Assembly (NCBI GenBank): GCA_021300015.1
Contig: JAJTFB010000020.1
Location: forward strand, 17,552 to 57,551
DNA from: Pirellula sp.
GTDB lineage: Bacteria; Planctomycetota; Planctomycetia; Pirellulales; Pirellulaceae
Direction of reading: 5' to 3'
Length of the DNA stretch: 40,000 nt
How positions within the stretch are numbered: the first letter of the stretch is position 1; every line of letters starts with the position of its first letter. The position numbers were made by a program, and so were the translations under genes. The notes under the pieces were generated by a model, which did no database searches, had not been told where the DNA came from, and saw only the letters and a program-made list of their open reading frames with translations. This document shows positions 1 to 7,450 of the stretch, in pieces.

Positions 1-1
1 G

Positions 2-1813
2 ACCGACGGTTGGATCCGCCACTTCAACTTCCAATACCATGACCTGATGCCCGATATCGCCATGGAAGGAATGTCGCAAGAAACCATCGCTTGGCTCGGT
101 GCGCACCCGACCTGGGATCCCCGCGTCCGTTTGGCTCCAGAAGCCAACCAAAAGCATCTCCAAGGCCTTTTTGCCTTGCAGTCGCAAATGCCTTACGCAG
201 GTCACCCGATGACCAAACTCGATTCGAAGCTCATGGGAGCCTCTCCTTTCGATGGATTGGTCGGACGTACCAGCCAAGTCAACGGCTATTGCAACGCGGC
301 TCACGGCAAGCAAATGGACATGTCCATGGCTCGCCTAGCCCTGGACCTGATGGACGAAAACGGTCAGTTCTTGGCCGAACAAGATCCCGCAGCTCCCGCC
401 GCCGGTGCAAAGCCCGAAGAGAAGAAAGCGGACAAGCCCAAGGAAGAGATGCTCGACGGGATGCCCGAGTCGTTCATCGGTCCTCTGTTGGCCGAGCTCG
501 TCGCGCACGAAGTCGGTCACACGCTCGGCTTGCGACACAACTTCAAAGCCTCGAGCACCCTGTCGCTCAAGGACATCAATTCCAACGGCGTCAAAGGCCA
601 ACGCACCATCGCCTCGTCGGTCATGGACTACATCCCGATCAATATGCCTTATCAACTCGAAAGCGAGACCCGAGGCGACTACACCATGATCGGTATCGGT
701 CCTTACGACTACTGGGCCATCGAGTACGGCTATACGCCCGATGAAGCCAAGCTTCCTGAAATCCTCAAACGCTCCAGCGAACCGGAACTCCAGTACGCAA
801 CCGATGAGGACACCAACGGCCCAGATCCTCTGGCCCGACGCTACGACTACTCGAAAGACCCATTGGAATACTGCGAAAACCAGATCCGCTTGGTCAAACT
901 CTACCGCGAACGACTCTTGGACAAGTTCGTCAAGGATGGAGATAGTTGGAGCAAAGCCCGCGTCGGTTACGAATTGACTCTCGGCGAGCAGACCAAGGCG
1001 ATCAGCATGATGGCCAACTGGATCGGCGGCGCGACGGTCAATCGCGACAAGAAGGGAGATCCGGGCAACCGAGCCTCCTTGACCCCAATCCCAGCCGATC
1101 AACAACGCAAAGCCCTCGATTTCGTGATCCGAAATGCGTTCCGCGACGACTCCTACGGTCTGTCCAACGCGATCCTCAGTCGACTGACAGTCGACAAGTG
1201 GATCGACGAAGGGGTCCGCTCGATGGGCGAGTCGACGTTCCCTGTGCACGATCGGATTCTAGGTATCCAGTCGAGCGCTCTGACGATGATCATGAACCCG
1301 ACGACCCTACGACGCGTCTTTGACAACGAAGTCCTGGTCCCCAAAGACCAAGACGCTCTGACGCTCCCGGAAATGCTCGATAAGGTTCAAGCCGAAGTGT
1401 GGTCCGAGTTGGCTGCGAATCCCGAAGGCGAAGTCTCGGCCCGCAAGCCGCGAATCTCCTCCTGGAGACGCAACCTGCAACGCGAGTACCTCGATCGTTT
1501 GATCGATCTGGCCGTGCCGGGTGCATCGAGCAACAAAGCCATCACCAGCTTGGCCCTGATGCAACTCAAGGAACTCAAGAAGAAGATCGACGCGATCCTT
1601 GCAGGGGGCTCGCCAATGGACCCTTACTCGGCCGCTCACTTGACCGAGTCCCAATTGCGGATCACCAAAGCTCTCGATGCAATCTACATCTACAACCAGC
1701 CACAAGCTGGTGGTGGAGGTCTCGGTCCGATGATCTTCGGTAACGTCGCTCCAGGCCAACCGGCCATCGAGCCAGCGTCCCCGAAGATCGTAGAAGGCGA
1801 ACCACAACCTTAG
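2..1813 (+). CDS. Zinc-dependent metalloprotease (zincin, HExxH), C-terminal ~600 aa; the 5' end lies outside the window
   Basis: The frame is open from nt 2, with no stop before the first ATG at 47, so the gene begins upstream. It has the HEVGHTLGLRHNF zincin motif followed by VMDY. The stop is TAG at 1811-1813, and a strong hairpin terminator follows. Confidence 0.85.
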   Translation, partial: TDGWIRHFNFQYHDLMPDIAMEGMSQETIAWLGAHPTWDPRVRLAPEANQKHLQGLFALQSQMPYAGHPMTKLDSKLMGASPFDGLVGRTSQVNGYCNAAHGKQMDMSMARLALDLMDENGQFLAEQDPAAPAAGAKPEEKKADKPKEEMLDGMPESFIGPLLAELVAHEVGHTLGLRHNFKASSTLSLKDINSNGVKGQRTIASSVMDYIPINMPYQLESETRGDYTMIGIGPYDYWAIEYGYTPDEAKLPEILKRSSEPELQYATDEDTNGPDPLARRYDYSKDPLEYCENQIRLVKLYRERLLDKFVKDGDSWSKARVGYELTLGEQTKAISMMANWIGGATVNRDKKGDPGNRASLTPIPADQQRKALDFVIRNAFRDDSYGLSNAILSRLTVDKWIDEGVRSMGESTFPVHDRILGIQSSALTMIMNPTTLRRVFDNEVLVPKDQDALTLPEMLDKVQAEVWSELAANPEGEVSARKPRISSWRRNLQREYLDRLIDLAVPGASSNKAITSLALMQLKELKKKIDAILAGGSPMDPYSAAHLTESQLRITKALDAIYIYNQPQAGGGGLGPMIFGNVAPGQPAIEPASPKIVEGEPQP

Positions 1814-1870
1814 GTTGGCTCTCGGCTTGAAGCAGACGGATCGGCCCTGATCCTTCTGTCGGAAAAAACC

Positions 1871-1909
1871 AAAAACCCGCGTATCGGAATTCCGTTACGC
1901 GGGTTTTTT
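1871..1909 (+). terminator. Rho-independent terminator (A-tract / hairpin / T-tract, potentially bidirectional)
   Basis: AACCCGCGTATCGG (1874-1887) pairs with CCGTTACGCGGGTT (1892-1905) at 13 of 14 positions around an AATT loop. It is flanked by AAAAA on the left and TTTTTT on the right, and sits 58 nt after the metalloprotease stop. Confidence 0.8.
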
Positions 1910-1995
1910 CATGAAGCGATCGCCAGTGCTCGCCCATGTCGCCGAAGACGACGATTCCAAAAGTTAGCAAAACACCGGAGCTGCTACTCAACATC

Positions 1996-2122
1996 GCAAA
2001 CTTTCGCTGCTGGCTAATTGGCTACGCGAGGCTAGCAGTCATTGGTCTGAATCGCTGGTGGTTCTAAGCCCGAAGGGCTGGAACACCCTCTGCCGAGGTC
2101 GAAGGCCTCGGTAGCAGTGCAA
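1996..2122 (+). repeat. Copy 1 of a ~127-nt direct repeat with nested hairpins
   Basis: It aligns with 2319-2446. The 82-nt core at 2041-2122 differs from 2365-2446 at 2 positions. Hairpins are AGCCC-GAA-GGGCT (2067-2079) and CCGAGGTC-GAA-GGCCTCGG (2093-2111). Confidence 0.85.
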
Positions 2123-2140
2123 TCGGGGTGCGTGATTGGG

Positions 2141-2184
2141 GCGGTGCCGGGTACTGGCCATGCCCGCGGCTTGCGCCCATGCGG
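2141..2184 (+). repeat. Copy 1 of module GCGGTGCCGGGTACTGGCCATGCCCGCGGCTTGCGCCC(A/G)TGCGG
   Basis: It is near-identical to 2557-2599. Here it is separated from its hairpin (2268-2294) by an ~83-nt insert that is absent from the second copy. Confidence 0.8.
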
Positions 2185-2267
2185 CTCACGGGATCGCCTG
2201 CGGCGTTTGATGGATCAGGGTGCGCGTTGGTTCTGAGTCGGAAACTAGGTGGTCTCATCACCGCTGC

Positions 2268-2294
2268 GTGCGGGCTCGGAGGCCCGCACTACGG
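2268..2294 (+). repeat. REP-like hairpin element GTGCGGGC-TCGGAG-GCCCGCAC-TACGG
   Basis: It has a perfect 8-bp stem and a 6-nt loop. The same architecture recurs at 2595-2621 and, on the other strand, at 33209-33235 and 33256-33282. Confidence 0.8.
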
Positions 2295-2318
2295 ACAATC
2301 GCTTTGCCATGGCCTGAG

Positions 2319-2446
2319 GCAAACTTTCGCTCCGGGCTAATTCGTTACGCGACGCTTGGCAAGTATTGGTCTGAATCGCTGGTGGTTCTAAGCCCGGAGG
2401 GCTGGAACACCCTCTGCCGAGGTCGAAGGCCCCGGTAGCAGTGCAA
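2319..2446 (+). repeat. Copy 2 of the ~127-nt direct repeat
   Basis: See 1996-2122. There is a 1-nt indel in the diverged 5' third, and the 82-nt core is nearly identical. Confidence 0.85.
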
Positions 2447-2556
2447 ACTAAAGTCCGCGAGGCCCGGAGGGCCGACACACTGGATTGAAAAAAATCGGGG
2501 GGCAGGCCCAGGGCCAATTAGGCGCGATTTGGTTCCAATCGAAGTGCGCTATTAGC

Positions 2557-2621
2557 GCGGTGCCGGGTACTGGCCATGCCCGCGGCTTGCGCCCGTGCGG
2601 GCTCGGAGGCCCACACTACGC
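2557..2621 (+). repeat. Copy 2 of the module, fused directly to hairpin GTGCGGGC-TCGGAG-GCCCACAC-TACGC
   Basis: This is a contiguous version of the elements at 2141-2184 and 2268-2294. The stem has one mismatch. Confidence 0.8.
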
Positions 2622-2653
2622 CAGGAAGGAACAGGCGCGAGGAATGACCGTGG

Positions 2654-3313
2654 CTACCCGTTGCGGCTTGACGCGTCGAGCGCCTTGATCCACGGTCCGA
2701 TGTAGTACCCATGGTCGTGGTAGGTGCGGCCTGAATACATGTGCTGGTCGATCACGCAAGGCTCATTGACGTAGATCCCACCGCAGACCTCAAGATCGAA
2801 CTTGCACTTGGCAACCGTGGCCATACGAAGTCCCTTGACGATACCCGCACGGGCCGGAATCTCGACGCCATGGCAGACACTGGCCATCGGTCGTTTGTTC
2901 TCCCAAAACCATCGCGTGATACGCAGGAGATCTTGGTCCTCGCGAATGTACTCCGGGGCTCGCCCCCCACTGAAAAAGATTCCAGCGTACTCCTCGGGCT
3001 TGATGTCCTTGAACGCAATATCGGCTGCGATCGAATACCCCTCCCACTCCTTGGTGATCGTCCAGCCCGGCTTGACCTCGTGCATGACCATCTGAAAGAC
3101 CCGTTTCTCGGGTCCGGCGACGATCGGTGCATAGCCACCCTCGATCAACCGATAGTAAGGATAAAGCGTATCGACCGTCTCGGTCGCATCGCCAATGATG
3201 ATCAAAACTTTAGGTCGATTCATAAGGGGCACCTCCAAGGCTCCAAAGGCCGGGGCGAGCGTCGTTGCGCTCGCAGATACGGTTAGGAATTCTCTTCGAT
3301 CTACATTCTTCAT
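2654..3313 (-). CDS. DJ-1/PfpI family protein (class I glutamine-amidotransferase-like fold) with a Tat-type signal peptide
   Basis: The ORF is 219 aa. The N-terminus DRREFLTVSASATTLAPAFGA resembles a twin-arginine signal. It carries the nucleophile elbow SVCHG. It lies 9 nt downstream of the M32 gene on the same strand. Confidence 0.85.
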   Translation of the reverse strand: MKNVDRREFLTVSASATTLAPAFGALEVPLMNRPKVLIIIGDATETVDTLYPYYRLIEGGYAPIVAGPEKRVFQMVMHEVKPGWTITKEWEGYSIAADIAFKDIKPEEYAGIFFSGGRAPEYIREDQDLLRITRWFWENKRPMASVCHGVEIPARAGIVKGLRMATVAKCKFDLEVCGGIYVNEPCVIDQHMYSGRTYHDHGYYIGPWIKALDASSRNG

Positions 3314-3322
3314 CCCTCTATC

Positions 3323-4819
3323 TTAGCGACACTTGGTCGCCAAGTGTTCGACCAGGTACTTCGAATCGACCGGCTCGCCGGTGGCCCGTTTGATAAGCTC
3401 CATCGGCAGGTAGGTCTGGCCATGGCGATGCACCCGCTCGACGAGCCAATCGAGCAGCGGCTTGAACTCCCCTCGCTCGATCTGGGATGCCAAGCCCCCG
3501 AGTTGCCGATCGGCTGCCGCGTACAATTGGGCCGCGTAGATATTCCCAAGCGTGTACGTGGGAAAATACCCGATCAATCCCGCCGACCAATGGACGTCCT
3601 GCAGCACCCCGGTCCGATCCTCCGTGGGGCTAATCCCTAAGTAATCTCGGTACTGTTCCCGCCAAGCCTCGGGCAGATCCTCGACGCGGAGCTGTTCGCT
3701 CATGAGCTGCTTTTCAAGCTCGAAGCGGATCAGGATGTGCATGTTGTAGGTCACCTCGTCGGCCTCGATGCGGATCAAGCTCGGTTGTACCCGGTTGAGA
3801 TCCTGAACCAATCGCTCGATCGAGACGTCCCGAAATTCGCTCGGGAAATGCTCGAGCAGATGCCTGTGGGCCCAGCGCCAAAAGGGTTCTGCTAGACCGA
3901 CGAGATTCTCCCAGAGCCTCGACTGCGACTCGTGGACCCCGAGACTCGCGGCGCTGCCCAAAGGGGTTCCGTACCACTGCGGATCGAGACCTTGCTCGTA
4001 CATCCCATGGCCTGCCTCATGGAGCACCCCATAGAGTCCGCTCGAAAACGAATCCTCGGAAAAACGGGTCAGGATGCGATGGTCGTGTGGACCTAACGTC
4101 GTACAGAAGGGATGCTCGGTCTGGTCGAGTCGGCCCCGTTGGAAATCGAATCCGATCCGCTCAGCGACCCATTTGGAGAACCGTTGCTGAGGGACGATCG
4201 GAAAATGTCCTTCGACGACCGAGGGCCCCAACCGAGCGCATCGCTCGGACCCCTCGTGGATCAAAGGGACGAGCGATTCTCTCAATGCGCCGAAGATCTT
4301 TTGGACCTGATCGACCGTGGCTCCTTCTTCGTAACTATCGAGCATCACCTCGTAGCGCGATTGGCCGGGATCGGCCAAGCAATCGGCCTCCTGATGCTTG
4401 AGCTCGACGATCCGTTTGAGCTGCGGCAGAAAACGCTGGTAGTCATCGCTAAGCTTCGACTCGACCCAGACCTGCTGCCCGATGCTCGTAGCATGCGATA
4501 GTTCCTCGACGAGCTCTTGAGGCAATCGTCGGCATCGATCGAATTCGCGTTTCATGCACCTTGCGGTCACCCGCGCGGGGCTCGAGGGATCCTCCTGGGA
4601 ACTTGAGGCCTCGAGCTGATCCAACCAATCGCCAAGGACCGGATCGATTCGACGTTGATGGACTATGCCGGCCAGGAGCGTCAGTTGCTCGGCGCGGTAC
4701 TCGGCAGCCTGAGGTGGCAAACCGGTGTTTTGATCCCATTCGAGCATCGACATGGTCGACTGCAGGATCGACGTTTGATGAACATGCCCGAGAATCTTGG
4801 GTAACACGGCGTCGTTCAT
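3323..4819 (-). CDS. M32 (Taq-type) metallocarboxypeptidase
   Basis: The ORF is 498 aa. The blocks HEAGHGMYEQG (HExxH), HESQSRLWEN, IRIEADEVTYNMHI and GYFPTYTLGN are hallmark M32 motifs. Its start overlaps the antiporter stop as ATGA. Confidence 0.9.
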   Translation of the reverse strand: MNDAVLPKILGHVHQTSILQSTMSMLEWDQNTGLPPQAAEYRAEQLTLLAGIVHQRRIDPVLGDWLDQLEASSSQEDPSSPARVTARCMKREFDRCRRLPQELVEELSHATSIGQQVWVESKLSDDYQRFLPQLKRIVELKHQEADCLADPGQSRYEVMLDSYEEGATVDQVQKIFGALRESLVPLIHEGSERCARLGPSVVEGHFPIVPQQRFSKWVAERIGFDFQRGRLDQTEHPFCTTLGPHDHRILTRFSEDSFSSGLYGVLHEAGHGMYEQGLDPQWYGTPLGSAASLGVHESQSRLWENLVGLAEPFWRWAHRHLLEHFPSEFRDVSIERLVQDLNRVQPSLIRIEADEVTYNMHILIRFELEKQLMSEQLRVEDLPEAWREQYRDYLGISPTEDRTGVLQDVHWSAGLIGYFPTYTLGNIYAAQLYAAADRQLGGLASQIERGEFKPLLDWLVERVHRHGQTYLPMELIKRATGEPVDSKYLVEHLATKCR

Positions 4820-6600
4820 GGCGCATCCTTGGATGATGAAGAGGGCTTGGGGGCTTGAGGATCTTGATGCAACTCCGAACGGAGTTTGGCCCGCTGTTGG
4901 TCGATCTGTTCGGCCGTCGCGCCGAGATTGCGCAGGATCGTCTCGGCCATCGCCAAAGCGACTTCGGATTCCTCGGCGATGACATGGTCGGCTCCGCTCT
5001 GGAGCAAGACCTCGCAGTTCCCGACGTACGCCGAACGGACCAAAATTTGAATCGATGGATTCAGAAGTCTGGCCATGCGAATCACGTCGGCGGTTTGTGC
5101 GATCTGCGAGGCGCTCAAGATCAAACTCTGGGCTTTGTCGACCCCCGCACGCTTGAGGGTCTCGATGTGGCTCGCATCCCCAAGCACGACGCGGTGCCCC
5201 GCAGAGCGGATCGGTTCCATGCTCCCAGGATTCATTTCGATGATCGTCGCGTGGATGCCGTTCTCATCGAGAAGCTTGGCCGCAGTCCTGCCGACAGGTC
5301 CATAACCGACGACCACCGTGCGAAACTCCGAGGCTGGGTCTTCGAGATCTAGCCCATCGGTGGAGATTGCCGGTTGGCTTGTCAGCGGTTTTCTTGAAAC
5401 GGTCAGCCAACTCAGATTGGTCGATCGCCGGGCAAAACGCAAGATCGGCTCGACCGACCATTGGAGCATCGGCGATAGGGCGATCGAGAAGATCGAAACG
5501 GCCACGAGCACATGCTCGAGCGAGTCGGAGATCAACCCCGAACGTTTGGCCAAGTTCGCCACAATGAACGAAAACTCTCCGATCTGAGCGAACGACAAAC
5601 CTACGCGCAAGGCATTTTTTAAGGGCAAACCCAATAGGAGCATCGCGCCGATGGACAATGCGGGGGTCAGGACCATGGCCACAAACAACACCGCTCCGAA
5701 GAGACCTGGGGTTTCAAAGAAGACCACCGGATCGAAGAGCATCCCGACCGACACAAAAAACAGCGCAGCAAAGGCGTCCCGCATCGGCAGGGCATCGGTC
5801 GTGGCTCGCACGGAGAAATCCGATTGCCCGATGACTACCCCCGCCAAAAAAGCCCCCAAGGCCATCGACACTCCAAAGCCCTTCGAGGAGACCAGCGCCA
5901 AGCCCAGCACGATGACCAAAATCGTCAGCGTGAAAAGTTCCCGAGAACGGGTCTCGGCGACCCTATGGAGCATCTTAGGGATCAATCGTCCACCGAGAAA
6001 CATCACCGCTGCGATCAAGATCGCGATCTTCAAAGCGGCGATCTCCAGGACCCCGATCAAGCTGAACCAGGAAGCTCCCTCGATCCCTTTCAAATTCGGC
6101 AATAGGACCAATGCCAGGACCGCCAAGACATCCTGGACGATCAGCCAGCCGATGGCTAGGTTCCCCGTCGGTGTTTGCAATTCATTGACATCGCTCAGCA
6201 CGCGCGTGACGACCACGGTGCTGGCGAACGACATCGCAATTCCCATCGATAAAGCTTCCTGCCAGCTCGACGCCAACCAGAGCATCATCAAGAAGGTCGC
6301 CAGAAAGGACCCCGCGCATTGAAGCAGAGCGCCCGGGAGGGCGATTCTGCGAACGCGCCCGAGCTCCTGCAAATCGAAATGGAGCCCGACGTCGAAAAGC
6401 AGCAGAACCACGCCGATTTCAGCGAGCTGAGCGGCGATCTGCTCATTGGCCGTGAATCCTGGAGTCGTGGGGCCAACGACGATCCCGGCGACCAGAAATC
6501 CGACGATCGGTGAGATGCGGATCCTATGGCAGATATACCCGAATATCAACGCGGCGGTGAAACCGCCAGCCAACGTCGTGATGATATCGAACTCATGCAT
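4816..6600 (-). CDS. Cation:proton antiporter (CPA2/Kef-YbaL type) with a C-terminal RCK/TrkA-N domain
   Basis: The ORF is 594 aa. A polytopic hydrophobic N-terminal ~400 aa is followed by the Rossmann motif VVVGYGPVGRTAAKLL. Confidence 0.85.
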   Translation of the reverse strand: MHEFDIITTLAGGFTAALIFGYICHRIRISPIVGFLVAGIVVGPTTPGFTANEQIAAQLAEIGVVLLLFDVGLHFDLQELGRVRRIALPGALLQCAGSFLATFLMMLWLASSWQEALSMGIAMSFASTVVVTRVLSDVNELQTPTGNLAIGWLIVQDVLAVLALVLLPNLKGIEGASWFSLIGVLEIAALKIAILIAAVMFLGGRLIPKMLHRVAETRSRELFTLTILVIVLGLALVSSKGFGVSMALGAFLAGVVIGQSDFSVRATTDALPMRDAFAALFFVSVGMLFDPVVFFETPGLFGAVLFVAMVLTPALSIGAMLLLGLPLKNALRVGLSFAQIGEFSFIVANLAKRSGLISDSLEHVLVAVSIFSIALSPMLQWSVEPILRFARRSTNLSWLTVSRKPLTSQPAISTDGLDLEDPASEFRTVVVGYGPVGRTAAKLLDENGIHATIIEMNPGSMEPIRSAGHRVVLGDASHIETLKRAGVDKAQSLILSASQIAQTADVIRMARLLNPSIQILVRSAYVGNCEVLLQSGADHVIAEESEVALAMAETILRNLGATAEQIDQQRAKLRSELHQDPQAPKPSSSSKDAP

Positions 6601-6661
6601 CGAGCATCCAAATCCATTTGGAGGTGAGCGTCCAACCCCGGAACCCTAGATTGCCGTGGCT

Positions 6662-7450
6662 CTAGGTCGTCTTGGGCCGGTTACGGATACGGAACATCTC
6701 CTGATAAGGCAGGACGATACCGCCATCGATCGAGAGGGTCGCTCCGGTGATGTAGTCGCTGCGGGGGTCGCACAGGAAGACCACGCCGTGGGCGATGTCC
6801 TCGGGTTTCGCAAGGCGTCCCCAGGGCAGGTTGCTCCCGTGCTCTTGGAGTTCGTCTTCGTAGAAGAACTTTCGTTCGCCAGGCGTATCGGTCCAACCTG
6901 GATGGACCAAATTGACTCGGATGCGGAACTCGGAGAGTTCCACGGCGGCGGTTTTGGCGAGCTGATCCAAAGCGGCTTTGGCCATGTTGTAAGCCGTCGC
7001 GCCGGGGATCGGCTTGTAGGCGTGTGGGGAGCTGACAAAGACCATGTTCCCTTGCACCTTATGAGCGATCATTTGGTTGGCTACGGCTCGGGCAAGATAG
7101 TAGGGTCCCCACATGCACACATCGATGGTCTTGCGGAAACCATCCATATTCGCTTGATAGAAAAGTTCGCGATCGCTGAAAGCGGCGTTGGACACGAGGA
7201 TCGAGATTGGGCCGAGCTCGTCTTTGCATCGTTGGACCATCGCTTCGACGGCCGCTTGGTCCGAAACATCCCCGACCAGCGAGATCGACTTGCGACCCAT
7301 GGCACGAACCGCCTCGACGGTCTCGGTAGGTTCACGAATGTCGTTGACGGCGACATTGGCTCCTTCGGCGGCCAGCGATTTCGCGATCGCCGCTCCGATC
7401 CCCCGCGCTGCGCCTGTAACGATTGCTGTTTGTCCTTCTAAAATACTCAT
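6662..7450 (-). CDS. Short-chain dehydrogenase/reductase (SDR, FabG-like)
   Basis: The ORF is 262 aa. It has the cofactor motif TGAARGIGAAIA and the catalytic YNMAKAA (YxxxK) motif. Its start overlaps the stop of the 1020-aa gene as ATGA. Confidence 0.9.
   Translation of the reverse strand: MSILEGQTAIVTGAARGIGAAIAKSLAAEGANVAVNDIREPTETVEAVRAMGRKSISLVGDVSDQAAVEAMVQRCKDELGPISILVSNAAFSDRELFYQANMDGFRKTIDVCMWGPYYLARAVANQMIAHKVQGNMVFVSSPHAYKPIPGATAYNMAKAALDQLAKTAAVELSEFRIRVNLVHPGWTDTPGERKFFYEDELQEHGSNLPWGRLAKPEDIAHGVVFLCDPRSDYITGATLSIDGGIVLPYQEMFRIRNRPKTT

Noticed and set aside
91-1807. Multiple long ORFs overlapping the metalloprotease gene (for example 335-1249 minus, 304 aa; 91-744 plus, 217 aa; 1307-1807 minus).
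   Set aside because: These are shadow ORFs, as expected in high-GC DNA. Their translations are Arg/Pro/Gly/Ser-rich with no motifs, and the overlapping frame carries a clear HExxH protease.
2055-2085. GGTTCTAAGCC resembling a tRNA T-arm (GGTTCGAATCC).
   Set aside because: I could not draw an acceptor stem, a D-arm or an anticodon arm. The sequence is part of the 127-nt repeat.
2440-2480. The AAAGTCCGCGAGGCCCGGAGGGCC stretch resembling the RNase P RNA P4 motif (GGAAAGUCCGG).
   Set aside because: Only a short match exists. The rest of the ~350-nt conserved RNase P architecture, including the 3' ACAGAACCCGGCUUA-type pairing partner, is absent.
2064-2712. Six small ORFs (61-90 aa) in the 1.9-2.65 kb spacer, several containing GLGGPHY-like peptides.
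   Set aside because: They are translations of the hairpin and direct-repeat elements. The same peptide arises wherever the repeat occurs, in either orientation. They overlap each other on both strands and have no start-site context.
5651-6322. A 223-aa plus-strand ORF inside the antiporter gene, and similar ORFs at 4855-5352 and 5824-6105.
   Set aside because: They are antisense to a well-supported polytopic transporter, and their composition is low-complexity (Lys/Thr/Ala/Ser-rich).
6656-7441. A 261-aa plus-strand ORF almost exactly mirroring the SDR gene.
   Set aside because: It is an antisense shadow. The minus frame has the canonical TGxxxGxG and YxxxK SDR motifs and the plus frame has none.
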